IMG/VR virus record: IMGVR_UViG_3300032236_000747
Span: 124,001-188,000 of that record
Length of the DNA: 64,000 bases
Strand: one strand, 5' to 3'
The notes below the pieces were generated by a model. That model had not been told where the DNA came from, did no database searches, and worked only from the letters and a program-made list of their open reading frames with translations. Both the position numbers and the translations under genes were made by a program. Each line of letters opens with the position of its first letter. Position 1 is the first letter of the stretch. Below, piece after piece: positions 1 to 9,216 of this stretch.

Positions 1-948
1 TTCAGTATGAATGCTTACACTATCCTGAGCAAATATATCTATCTTACCATTGCTGGTCATTTCAATCCAAGCAGTTCCTTGACTGTTTGTTATGTAAACA
101 AGGTCCTGAGTATTATGTAGTAATATCTGTATACCGTTTCTAGTACGCAATCTTATTAACTCATTATCTCCGTTTACATCACCGTCGTCCATGACAAATG
201 TGTTGCCACCTAATCTACTAGCAGGCAATGTTGATAGAGATTCCCCACCATAACTATCATTTCTCTTTAAGAAGTTATCTGAGTTTACATCAAAAGGACC
301 AGGTGTTGAGATTCCAAAAACAGAACTAGGGCTTTCTCTTCTAGCACTGCTTGATGTTCCACCCCTTACTCGATCATACAATAATCCTTGGCTAGCCAAC
401 TGTATAGCAAATGGATGTATAGGAGGAATGTTGCTTAGACTACCTGTTCTAGCTTTATTAACTTCTGCCACAGGCAAATAGTATGTTGAACTAGTACCAG
501 ACTGCGGGTCACTTCCGTAAAACTGTTGATCAGACTGTGTTAATGCTGTAGAAGGAAGTTCTACTGAACCGATACCAGGTATCATTTGGTTAGCAAATCT
601 ATCTGTTACGCAACCAAACCAATATCCCTGACTTATATATCCTTCGATAAAAAATACCATAACCGTGCTGCCAGGATCAGGCGGAACCATCCACATGCCG
701 TAGCTTTTTTGTGTGCTATTGAATCCTGCGTTATCCTGGTTAAACATTACATTGGTGCTACCTGCATAAGGGCTTACATGTCTAACTTTTACAAGCTGGC
801 CGTCAATGTCATCGGGATTGTCTACATATCCGCGGATAAGGGCAACTTCTAAACGCCCCTGGAATTGAGTGTCAATAGTATTCTTAACAATGGCCAAATA
901 AGGTCCAGGGTGTTTTAATCGTTTAGATGATCTCGTTAACTCTGCCAT
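1..948 (-). CDS. gp5: T4 gp5/VgrG-like baseplate central spike, N-terminal OB-fold part; truncated by the window edge
   Basis: Not in the ORF track. Manual translation from ATG at 948 is open to position 1: MAELTRSSKRLKHPGPYLAIVKNTIDTQFQGRLEV...KSYGMWMVPPDPGSTVMVFFIEG...YWFGC...ESPSSVFGISTPG...GNTFVMDDGD...IRLRTRNG. This is the gp5 OB-fold pattern; the gene abuts the stop of the hub gene. Confidence 0.85.
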   Translation of the reverse strand, partial: MAELTRSSKRLKHPGPYLAIVKNTIDTQFQGRLEVALIRGYVDNPDDIDGQLVKVRHVSPYAGSTNVMFNQDNAGFNSTQKSYGMWMVPPDPGSTVMVFFIEGYISQGYWFGCVTDRFANQMIPGIGSVELPSTALTQSDQQFYGSDPQSGTSSTYYLPVAEVNKARTGSLSNIPPIHPFAIQLASQGLLYDRVRGGTSSSARRESPSSVFGISTPGPFDVNSDNFLKRNDSYGGESLSTLPASRLGGNTFVMDDGDVNGDNELIRLRTRNGIQILLHNTQDLVYITNSQGTAWIEMTSNGKIDIFAQDSVSIHTE

Positions 949-3048
949 TTATTGTCCTTGCTGCGTTGGAGTATTTTGTATGTTTGCTGCATCACGTTTT
1001 ATTAACGCATTGATTTCATCCGATGCTGCTTTATCAACTAAAACGTCTGACGGCTCGCTGTTAATACGTAATACTTTTAGCTTCTGTGTAAAAACTCCAC
1101 TTTGAAAATGATTTATAATCTCAACTATTCTATAAAGACCGCTGAACTCTGCCGAAGTATTATCAAGAGCTAGACCTGTATCTTTACCAACATCAATAAT
1201 ACTGTTAACATTTATTTGAATGTATATATCAGCAGTTTGATGATCGGCATCGCCTGTATCTGTTATTCCTAGATTTTCTGGATCAGCATTAGAAACTATA
1301 TTGCCAATACCACCTTGTATTAGATAATATGGATCGCCCATAATATCAATATCAACATTTAACATATTAACTTCTTCTAGTAATGCTTGATGAACATTTT
1401 TAGCAGATACTGACCAAGGGTCCGAAGGAAGAGGGCCAGTGTTTTCACCAACAACTTCAACATTGGCAGACTTATACAATGTTCGCATGTGTATCGGTCT
1501 AAACTGATTGGTCTTTTTATTTGCTACAGGGTCTATATAAGACTTATCTTTATTAACATCTGATTCTGCTTCAAGTGTAGTAGCACCTTTTAGATTAGAT
1601 AAGTTTTTATTATATCCTTGATTAATAGACTGTGTTTGGAAAAATAAGTTATTATATTTTAGATTAAAAGATAAAACTTCTGTATTTTTACCTGTATAAA
1701 GGTAGTTGTATGTTCTTCTTACTCGTTTTGTAAAATCTGAATAAGCTATTTCTTTTGATTGATATTCAGGCAATCTACTTAAATGAACTTTATAAGGATA
1801 CACACTATAAACGTGATGATTAACTCCTATCCCGTTAACAGTATCATATTGGCTGTTAGGACTAGGAAAACTTTGTATAGATACATAAAAATACTCAAAC
1901 ATGTTATCTTTATCTAGGCCGCCGCCACTTGGTATTTGAGATAATCTTTCTCGTACCAAAGCACAATCTCTTAAAATAGCAGATATACAATCTGATATAT
2001 TTGCTGTTGCTGAAAACTGCACACTTGGTTTTGTAACAATAGTTGTTGGTGGTTTGAAAGAACGTCCGCCATTAACAGCAGCTTGTTTAACTACAGTGCC
2101 TGGTCTAACTAACACACCATTAGGACTTACCATTTCAGTATCCGAGGGTTTTACTGTATTACTTTCGTGATCCTTTTTAGTTGTATCATAAACAAACTTT
2201 GAAGTAAAAAAATCATTTGTATCATTACCGTTTGATCCTGCACTGACTACTACTCCAGTGTCGTCTACTTTAGGAAATCTTATTTCGTAGGTATCGTGTT
2301 TCCAATCATCTTCAGTCTTTCCGACTTTTTTAAGGTATTGATCTTTTACAGTATTATTAATCTTTGTAAAAAAATCTGTTAGTATATCCCCAACAGTGTC
2401 ACCTTCAGAGTTTATGTTAGCCGTTAATCTATTAGAATCAGCAAATGCCATTTCATTACATGGCACTGCTTTTACTTCGTAGACGGTGCCTGCTGAATCT
2501 GCTTTAACATCAATACCGGTTATTTTTATAGGAAAATATCTAGTACCATACTTTCCTATATCAACAGGAGTTTCATCATCGTCATCCGCATATCCAATGA
2601 ACTGAACTCTTAGTGCATAAGTTGCACTTTGGAATGTATCATAACCTGCGTTGTACGATGTTGCCACAAGTGCTTGAAATAAGCCGCCTACACTAAATGG
2701 TTCTGTTAATGTAAAGTTTAAATTGGTTGATTTACTAAAATTAGTTTTTTCATTAAACGCAGGTATCGTAGATATTTCTAGATTATCAAAATAGAAGTCG
2801 TATTGTCCTGCTACCATATCTGCTTGATCAGAAGAGGCTGACCCTTTTCCCGACGACTTTGCTATCATATAAGCAACATTATCTACATCTTGTTGTAGTT
2901 GATCGAGATCTATTCCGCCTGTATTAGGATCAAAACTACCCAGCGTAGAAGGTTGAACAGCAGATAATGTGAATACAGGATTATATACTCTTAAACGATT
3001 TAAAATATTACTATCTCTTGAGATAGTCTTAAAATCTATATCGGACAT
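949..3048 (-). CDS. Baseplate hub protein (gp27/Mu gp44-like), 699 aa
   Basis: C-terminal 'VDIDIMGDPYYL...SGLYRIVEIINHFQSGVFTQKL' hub pattern; lies between the gp53-like and gp5-like genes. Confidence 0.65.
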   Translation of the reverse strand: MSDIDFKTISRDSNILNRLRVYNPVFTLSAVQPSTLGSFDPNTGGIDLDQLQQDVDNVAYMIAKSSGKGSASSDQADMVAGQYDFYFDNLEISTIPAFNEKTNFSKSTNLNFTLTEPFSVGGLFQALVATSYNAGYDTFQSATYALRVQFIGYADDDDETPVDIGKYGTRYFPIKITGIDVKADSAGTVYEVKAVPCNEMAFADSNRLTANINSEGDTVGDILTDFFTKINNTVKDQYLKKVGKTEDDWKHDTYEIRFPKVDDTGVVVSAGSNGNDTNDFFTSKFVYDTTKKDHESNTVKPSDTEMVSPNGVLVRPGTVVKQAAVNGGRSFKPPTTIVTKPSVQFSATANISDCISAILRDCALVRERLSQIPSGGGLDKDNMFEYFYVSIQSFPSPNSQYDTVNGIGVNHHVYSVYPYKVHLSRLPEYQSKEIAYSDFTKRVRRTYNYLYTGKNTEVLSFNLKYNNLFFQTQSINQGYNKNLSNLKGATTLEAESDVNKDKSYIDPVANKKTNQFRPIHMRTLYKSANVEVVGENTGPLPSDPWSVSAKNVHQALLEEVNMLNVDIDIMGDPYYLIQGGIGNIVSNADPENLGITDTGDADHQTADIYIQINVNSIIDVGKDTGLALDNTSAEFSGLYRIVEIINHFQSGVFTQKLKVLRINSEPSDVLVDKAASDEINALIKRDAANIQNTPTQQGQ

Positions 3049-3049
3049 G

Positions 3050-3352
3050 TCATATTCCTAGAGAAGATTTTAGTGTGCTTAGTTGAGGTAAAAATATAAC
3101 GGTACCCGGTACCATATCAAAGATAGGATCTTTTATAACAGTTTTATTTCTTACTGCAAATACCCACCATAACTTGGAATCATTGTATAAGTCATTGGCA
3201 AGCAAGTCAGGTCTATTTTCATACTTAGGAGATATAGTAAATGGCACATCACTAACTGTACTAGGAATATCCCTTAGTGTAAGAACATCCATGTAACCGT
3301 TGGTAATAACTGTGGTGTAATAAGGACTAGATTTATTGTAAGCAGCAGTCAT
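3050..3352 (-). CDS. gp53: Baseplate wedge protein, gp53/LysM (tail X)-like
   Basis: 'YENRPDLLANDLYNDSKLWWVFAVRN...DPIFDMVPG' matches the gp53 RPD...YG...WW motif. Confidence 0.8.
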   Translation of the reverse strand: MTAAYNKSSPYYTTVITNGYMDVLTLRDIPSTVSDVPFTISPKYENRPDLLANDLYNDSKLWWVFAVRNKTVIKDPIFDMVPGTVIFLPQLSTLKSSLGI

Positions 3353-4113
3353 TATAGATATCCTTTTCCTGGTGTTTGTCCTTGGTTAGCAAGATTCCCT
3401 TTTAACAAATCATCAACACTGAACGTCATTTGCTCATACCTTGAATACACAGGAATTAGAGATAATGTAATAGTGCTTACGGTAGGAACCATATTAGATC
3501 CTTGATTAAAATAATCATACGAACCAGTTGTTCCATCAAGCATAGGACTAGTAATATAGTAATCTACATCAGGCGTTAGTTCTGTTTGAAAACTAGCAAC
3601 AGCAACTGGTACATTATCAAGTACAAATCCACCGTAGGCAGATAGTCTACAAATAGGAGGAGGACTACCTGCGTTAGTATCTGTGCCGAATGGCATTTTT
3701 GTTAAAGCATTTAACAATAACATCGTCGACAGGTATATACCTGCATCTGTGTCGTTCTGTACTGTAAACTTTGCTGATAACTTTATACTAGTTACCGCAC
3801 TATTTTTATAAGCATAAAAATTATAGTTAGAATGTATCAACGACTGCGGAGTCCAGGTAGCTGACCTTTCAAAACTTATAGAAGGTGTATAAGGAAAAAC
3901 GATACCACCGTTGTTAAACAGTTCGTTGCGAGGACCAGAAGTCAGTAAGTCCAGATTACAATAATCGTACGGAACAGTTAGTTTAGCTCGTTTATCTTCG
4001 ATTTGGGTTCCAGCCCATGATACAGCAGTGCCACCAGTGGCGCCGGATCCAAACAGTTTTGAAATAGCGTAACCAGCAGCGCCAAGTGCAACAATATTTC
4101 CAAGTTTACCCAT
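3352..4113 (-). CDS. Baseplate tail-tube initiator/cap (gp48/gp54-like)
   Basis: 'GIVFPYTPSISF...Y...PPPICRLSAYGGFVLDNVPVAVASF...VPT...ITLSLIP' tube-initiator pattern; baseplate context. Confidence 0.7.
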   Translation of the reverse strand: MGKLGNIVALGAAGYAISKLFGSGATGGTAVSWAGTQIEDKRAKLTVPYDYCNLDLLTSGPRNELFNNGGIVFPYTPSISFERSATWTPQSLIHSNYNFYAYKNSAVTSIKLSAKFTVQNDTDAGIYLSTMLLLNALTKMPFGTDTNAGSPPPICRLSAYGGFVLDNVPVAVASFQTELTPDVDYYITSPMLDGTTGSYDYFNQGSNMVPTVSTITLSLIPVYSRYEQMTFSVDDLLKGNLANQGQTPGKGYL

Positions 4114-4132
4114 AAATATATTTCCTCAGCAA

Positions 4133-4138
4133 TATTTA
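4133..4138 (-). promoter_or_regulatory. Late promoter core TAAATA for the baseplate operon
   Basis: tattta on + strand, 20 nt upstream of the 4113 start. Confidence 0.6.
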
Positions 4139-4143
4139 CCTAA

Positions 4144-4149
4144 TAAATA
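4144..4149 (+). promoter_or_regulatory. Late promoter core TAAATA upstream of the late sigma gene
   Basis: taaata in the divergent intergenic region; short AT-rich motif, so chance occurrence is possible. Confidence 0.4.
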
Positions 4150-4168
4150 AACTGCATACATAATCCGG

Positions 4169-4198
4169 TTGACATGTATAGCCGAAACAGTCTATACT
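4169..4198 (+). promoter_or_regulatory. Host sigma70-type promoter for gp55
   Basis: TTGACA (4169-4174), 18-nt spacer, TATACT (4193-4198); SD aggag before ATG 4223. Confidence 0.7.
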
Positions 4199-4222
4199 AC
4201 AAAAAAGGAGAAGTCATAATAA

Positions 4223-5131
4223 ATGACCAGTATAATATCACCCACAGGGCGTAAAGTAAAATATCTCAATAACAGAGATTTATTAGCAGAAATACACAAA
4301 AGTAAATGTAGTTTTAGCAGTTTTGTAAAGCCCGATTACAGCCAACACGACATTATTCTTACACACCTAGACAAAGTTAATATTCGCACACTAGCAGATG
4401 CTAAACGAGCTAGGGCAAAAAGACTAGGACTCGAAGCTTTTATGAAAGCAAGAGCAAGCGGAGATAAGAAAAGTAAACTAGCAGACTTTTTGCCAGATTA
4501 CAAAAAAATCCCAAAAACAGATTTGATTATTAGAATCATGACGTTCGATCATGTACCACTTGCTCCTGGACGAAAAAAGACCGTTAAGAGCACAGCAGAC
4601 GGACACGAGAAAGTAAACTTTCCTCCATTCCAGCACTGGAAGTTTGACGACACTGATGAGCTAGTTTGCGTTGGCAAGAGTCACTGGAAAGGCGGAATGA
4701 AAACTGGTAAGTTTACCAAAGATCACGGACGCATTACAGAAAACCTAGGCAAGATGTTTATCAAACTAAGTGAGCGTTACGCACAGCGTAGCAACTGGCG
4801 AGGTTATACCTATGTTGAAGAAATGCGCGGACAGGCTATTCTACAGTTATCACAGATTGGATTGCAGTTCGACGAAAGCAAATCAGAGAACCCGTTTGCC
4901 TACTACACCGCAGCAGTTACCAACAGTTTTACTAGAGTACTTAACCTAGAAAAGAAAAATCAAAACATTCGCGATGACTTGTTAGAATCTGTGGGCTTGA
5001 CTCCGAGTATGACTCGTCAAAACAGTCAAGAGTTTGCCGAAGAGATTGCACGCCAAGCCGAAATGTATAAGAGCCTTAGAAACTCTAAGAGCTCGGCACC
5101 CGCTGTCGAGGAAGATGAAGAAGAAGCTTGA
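4223..5131 (+). CDS. gp55: Late-transcription sigma factor (T4 gp55-like) with a large internal insertion
   Basis: N-terminal 'YLNNRDLLAEI' and core 'LGKMFIKLSERYAQRSNWRGYTYVEEM...FDESKSENPFAYYT...NSFTRVLNLEKKNQNIRD'; adjacent to gp47/gp46 as in T4. Confidence 0.9.
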   Translation: MTSIISPTGRKVKYLNNRDLLAEIHKSKCSFSSFVKPDYSQHDIILTHLDKVNIRTLADAKRARAKRLGLEAFMKARASGDKKSKLADFLPDYKKIPKTDLIIRIMTFDHVPLAPGRKKTVKSTADGHEKVNFPPFQHWKFDDTDELVCVGKSHWKGGMKTGKFTKDHGRITENLGKMFIKLSERYAQRSNWRGYTYVEEMRGQAILQLSQIGLQFDESKSENPFAYYTAAVTNSFTRVLNLEKKNQNIRDDLLESVGLTPSMTRQNSQEFAEEIARQAEMYKSLRNSKSSAPAVEEDEEEA

Positions 5132-5147
5132 TCTGAGCAAATGATAT

Positions 5148-5177
5148 TTGACATCAGTGTGGTTTTTAAGCTACACT
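5148..5177 (+). promoter_or_regulatory. Host sigma70-type promoter for gp47, embedded in an inverted repeat
   Basis: TTGACA (5148-5153), 18-nt spacer, TACACT (5172-5177); arms acatcagtgt 5151-5160 / acactgatgt 5173-5182. Confidence 0.6.
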
Positions 5178-5200
5178 GATGTTAGGAGAATAATAACTAG

Positions 5201-6214
5201 ATGGCTCTATTCAAAAAAGTTGCTTGTTTTACAGACATTCACTTCGGATTAAAATCAAATTCAGGAACACACAACAAAGACTGCGAAGAATTTGTAGATT
5301 GGTTTATCGAACAAGCGCAGAAGGCAGGTTGCGAAACTTGTATTTTCCTCGGCGATTGGCATCATAACAGAAACTCGATCAATCTTATAACTTTGGATAC
5401 CAGCATTAGGTGTCTAGAAAAACTAGGCGCGGCCTTTGATCAGTTCTTTTGGTTTCCTGGCAACCACGATTTGTTTTACAAAGACAAGCGTGACATTCAT
5501 TCTAGTGCGTTTGGTCGCCATATACCTGGTGTTACTGTTGTAGACAGTGTTATGACCCAGGGTGATGTTACCCTAGTTCCGTGGCTTGTCGGGGATGAGT
5601 GGAAGACAATGAAAGACGTTAAGAGCAAATATGTGTTCGGTCACTTTGAACTTCCGTTATTCTACATGAACGCTATGGTTCAAATGCCGGATCACGGCGA
5701 ACTAACTGCCGATCAGTTTAATGGCCCTGACTATGTTTTCAGCGGACACTTTCACAAAAGACAAAACAAAGGCAATATCTTTTACATAGGTAATGCCTTT
5801 CCCCATAACTTTGCTGATACTTGGGACGATGAACGAGGAATGATGGTTATGGAATGGGGCGGAGAGCCCGAGTTTATTAACTGGGACAACTGTCCTAAGT
5901 TCCGCACTGTTAAGTTAAGTGAACTTATTGATAAAAAAGATACTATCCTTAAGAGCAAAATGCATCTCAAGGTACAACTAGACATTGATATATCGTTCGA
6001 AGAAGCAAACTTTATCAAAGAATCGTTTGTAACTGAATACGACATTAGAGAAATCAGTCTTATACAAGAACGAAATAGCATAGAAAGTAACGTAGACGAC
6101 AATGCCGAAGTTAAGTTTGAAAGTGTTGATCAAATCGTTACTGAGCAACTAGTTAACATCGAAAGTGAAACTATCGATAAGTTAGTGCTGTTAGAAATAT
6201 ACAGAGCTTTATAA
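5201..6214 (+). CDS. gp47: Recombination endonuclease subunit, Mre11/SbcD-like
   Basis: Metallophosphoesterase motifs DIHFG, GDWHH, GNHD, GHFE, SGHFH. Confidence 0.93.
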   Translation: MALFKKVACFTDIHFGLKSNSGTHNKDCEEFVDWFIEQAQKAGCETCIFLGDWHHNRNSINLITLDTSIRCLEKLGAAFDQFFWFPGNHDLFYKDKRDIHSSAFGRHIPGVTVVDSVMTQGDVTLVPWLVGDEWKTMKDVKSKYVFGHFELPLFYMNAMVQMPDHGELTADQFNGPDYVFSGHFHKRQNKGNIFYIGNAFPHNFADTWDDERGMMVMEWGGEPEFINWDNCPKFRTVKLSELIDKKDTILKSKMHLKVQLDIDISFEEANFIKESFVTEYDIREISLIQERNSIESNVDDNAEVKFESVDQIVTEQLVNIESETIDKLVLLEIYRAL

Positions 6215-6217
6215 GAT

Positions 6218-6709
6218 ATGTTACTAGATTTATTTCCAACTAAGGTTATTGTGGAAACATTATCAAAAGATATATTTTTAGATCTTGCGGTAAAGTATTC
6301 CTCTAGCGACTCTAAAGATTGGAAAGATTTGCTCGCAGATGATTTAATGATAACAAATATAATGTCTACCTACTATGAAGGAAAATACATTATATGCGAC
6401 GGATGGGTTAGAAGCGGCCATAACAGTTTTAATATTCATTGCGATAACCATTACGGTAATCAATTTGTTTGTATTGTTCAACTGTTTGGAGATCAACAAT
6501 CCGGAGGCGAGCTAGTGTTATATGATCCTTCTTGGAGAAATCCTCAGTGGATGTCTGATAACAAACAAGCAGATTCGATAACACATGTGGTTCCATTTAT
6601 ACCAGGACAGGTTATCATTTTTCCATCAAACGTGTGGCATAGTGTAACAGAATATTCAGGCAATATATCTAGAATAACACTCAACTTAATGATTAGAAGA
6701 GTTGATTGA
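6218..6709 (+). CDS. 2OG-Fe(II) oxygenase superfamily protein
   Basis: HCD (HxD) ... 'GGELVLYDP' ... 'PGQVIIFPSNVWHSV' ... 'RITL' (distal His and Arg). Confidence 0.8.
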   Translation: MLLDLFPTKVIVETLSKDIFLDLAVKYSSSDSKDWKDLLADDLMITNIMSTYYEGKYIICDGWVRSGHNSFNIHCDNHYGNQFVCIVQLFGDQQSGGELVLYDPSWRNPQWMSDNKQADSITHVVPFIPGQVIIFPSNVWHSVTEYSGNISRITLNLMIRRVD

Positions 6710-6716
6710 TTAAAAT

Positions 6717-8498
6717 ATGACATTTAAACTTAAAACTATAACAGTAAAAAACTTTATGAGCGTGGGTGCTCAGACCCAAGCTGTGGCCTTTGACCGCGAA
6801 CACCTAACATTAGTCTTAGGAGAGAACGTAGATCAAGGCGGTGGCGAAGGTGGAGAACGCAATGGTACAGGTAAAACTACTATCATTAACGCACTCAGCT
6901 ATGCTCTGTATGGACATATCATACGTGCCGAGGTAAGAAAAGAGAATCTAATCAACTTGATCAACGGTAAAGGCATGTTAGTTACTGTTGAGTTTGAACA
7001 AAACGGTGTAAAATACAAGATTGAACGAGGCCGTAAGCCCAATATTTTGAAACTTTACATCAATGATCAAGAGCAAAAGAGCGAAGACAGTGACGAAAGT
7101 CAGGGCGATAGCCGAGAAACACAGAAGCATATAGAACAGTTATTGAACATGAGTCACACTATGTTCAAGCATTTAGTGGCTTTAAACACCTATACTGAGC
7201 CGTTTTTAAGCATGAAAGCGGGCGATCAACGCGAAGTTATTGAACAGTTACTAGGTATTACACTATTAAGTGAAAAAGCAGAACAACTAAAACAACTACT
7301 AAAAGAAACCAAAGATTCTATACAAGCAGAGACATTTAAAATCGACGGAATCAAAAAAGCCAACGAAAATGTACAGAAAAGCATTGAAAGTCTAGCACTC
7401 AAGAGTAGTGCTTGGAATAATAAAAAAGACGAAGATCTAATAAAGCTCAGCAGAGCAATAGCAGACCTTGAATCTATAGACATTGAAGCAGAACTAGGAA
7501 AGCACGCAGACCTTAAAGTATATGACGAACTAAGTGCTAGGATTCGTAGTTTGCAAAAAGAACAAGCAACTATAGAATCTGCTATAGGGCAAGCTGACAA
7601 AACACTTAAAAAATATCTAGAAGAGCTTGATAAACTTGCTAATAAGACATGCCATGCGTGTGAGCAAGAACTACATGACCATAAACACGAAGAAATGACT
7701 GAGTTAGCTCAGAAACATGTAGAAGAAGCTCAAATATATTGTACAAAACTGTTAAACAACTTCAATAAAATCAGAACCGAACTAGATGAAATCGGGGATA
7801 TTAACGGACGTCCTAATACGTACTACGAAACTTTAAACGAAGCATTGGGTCACAGAAACAATCTAGCTAACCTAATGAATAGCTTAGAGAATCGTGCTCT
7901 TGAAGAAAACCCATATGATGAGCAGATAGAAGAGTTAAAGAAGACAGCGTTACAACCGTTAGATTGGGAAATAGTCAACACTTTAACCAAATATCGAGAT
8001 CACCAGGACTTTTTACTCAAGCTGTTAACTAATAAAGATAGTTTTATCCGTAAAAAGATCATAGATCAGAATCTAACGTTCTTAAATAAACGCCTAGGCT
8101 ACTATGTTGACAAACTAGGACTACCACATACTGTTGCTTTCCAAAACGATTTAACTGTTATTATTACACAGTTAGGCAAAGACATAGATTTTTATAACCT
8201 TAGTAGAGGCGAAGGTAACAGAGTTATACTTGCTACTAGCTTTGCGTTTAGAGATGTATGGGAGAACTTGTACCAACCTATTAACTTATTGTTCATCGAT
8301 GAGCTGTTAGACAACGGAACCGATGCTAGCGGTGTGGAAAAGAGTCTTGCTATCCTTAAAAAGATGAGCAGAGAGCGCAATAAGAACATATTTGTTATTA
8401 GTCATAGGGACGAACTGCTAGGTCGAGTTGATAATATCTTGCGTGTTGTTAAAGAAAACGGGTTTACAAGTTATGAAAACTCAGCAGAACCGGTTTGA
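6717..8498 (+). CDS. gp46: Recombination ATPase subunit, Rad50/SbcC-like
   Basis: Walker A GERNGTGKTT, coiled coil with CHAC zinc hook, signature LSRGE, Walker B LLFIDE, H-loop VISH. Confidence 0.95.
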   Translation: MTFKLKTITVKNFMSVGAQTQAVAFDREHLTLVLGENVDQGGGEGGERNGTGKTTIINALSYALYGHIIRAEVRKENLINLINGKGMLVTVEFEQNGVKYKIERGRKPNILKLYINDQEQKSEDSDESQGDSRETQKHIEQLLNMSHTMFKHLVALNTYTEPFLSMKAGDQREVIEQLLGITLLSEKAEQLKQLLKETKDSIQAETFKIDGIKKANENVQKSIESLALKSSAWNNKKDEDLIKLSRAIADLESIDIEAELGKHADLKVYDELSARIRSLQKEQATIESAIGQADKTLKKYLEELDKLANKTCHACEQELHDHKHEEMTELAQKHVEEAQIYCTKLLNNFNKIRTELDEIGDINGRPNTYYETLNEALGHRNNLANLMNSLENRALEENPYDEQIEELKKTALQPLDWEIVNTLTKYRDHQDFLLKLLTNKDSFIRKKIIDQNLTFLNKRLGYYVDKLGLPHTVAFQNDLTVIITQLGKDIDFYNLSRGEGNRVILATSFAFRDVWENLYQPINLLFIDELLDNGTDASGVEKSLAILKKMSRERNKNIFVISHRDELLGRVDNILRVVKENGFTSYENSAEPV

Positions 8499-8525
8499 CC
8501 ATATAGAAACAAGGGCATGAGATAA

Positions 8526-8822
8526 ATGTATACGGATGACTACGAAAAATTACATCAAGCGTACATAGCAAAGATGGTAGAATACCATAATGCGTATCAT
8601 GCATACATGTACGGCGCTCGCAGCAAGCCTAAAAACTTTGCTATGCGTGTTGTATTGAAGGAACTTTTAAAGTTGAATAAGGCACTAATAGCAGAATCGA
8701 TTGCTGTTAGGAAGAAAAAGATAGAAGCGTATAGCGATACCTATCAAGGACAACGGAAAAATAGCGGAGACGCTAGTAGATTTTACAAAAATGACGTGGA
8801 CACATCAGGGGACAATAGTTGA
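8526..8822 (+). CDS. Small basic helical hypothetical protein
   Basis: 98-aa ORF, co-oriented, overlaps the start of the GIY-YIG gene. Confidence 0.65.
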   Translation: MYTDDYEKLHQAYIAKMVEYHNAYHAYMYGARSKPKNFAMRVVLKELLKLNKALIAESIAVRKKKIEAYSDTYQGQRKNSGDASRFYKNDVDTSGDNS

Positions 8823-9216
8823 AACACTACCAGAGGACTGTGTGGGCTTCGTTTATCTCATTACAAATATGCTGACGGGCAGGAAATACGTAGGCAAAAA
8901 ACTAGCGAAATTCGCGAAAACAACTTATAAAACTAAAACACTTAAAAACGGCACCAAAAAAAGGCAAAAGATTCGCAGCAAGGTAGACAGTGACTGGCAA
9001 GAGTATTACGGTTCTAGTGTAGAACTAACAGCAGATATTGCTAAGTTAGGTAAAGATAACTTTTCAAGAGAGATCCTATACTACTGTAAGAGCAAAGCAG
9101 AAACAAGTTATACTGAAGCAAGAGAACAATTCGATAGAAAAGTTTTAGAATCAACAGATTATTATAACGGACAGATATCTGTTCGTGTACATGGCTCACA
9201 CATTTTAAAGAAGTAA
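8791..9216 (+). CDS. Stand-alone GIY-YIG family nuclease (catalytic domain only)
   Basis: 'GFVYLITN...RKYVGKK...DWQEYYGSS...FSREILYYC...SYTEAREQ...YYN' gives the GIY-YIG hairpin motifs, helical Glu and terminal Asn; no C-terminal DNA-binding domain. Confidence 0.8.
   Translation: MTWTHQGTIVETLPEDCVGFVYLITNMLTGRKYVGKKLAKFAKTTYKTKTLKNGTKKRQKIRSKVDSDWQEYYGSSVELTADIAKLGKDNFSREILYYCKSKAETSYTEAREQFDRKVLESTDYYNGQISVRVHGSHILKK

Noticed and set aside
586-852. 88-aa + strand ORF
   Set aside because: Antisense shadow of the gp5-like gene that fills 1-948 on the - strand
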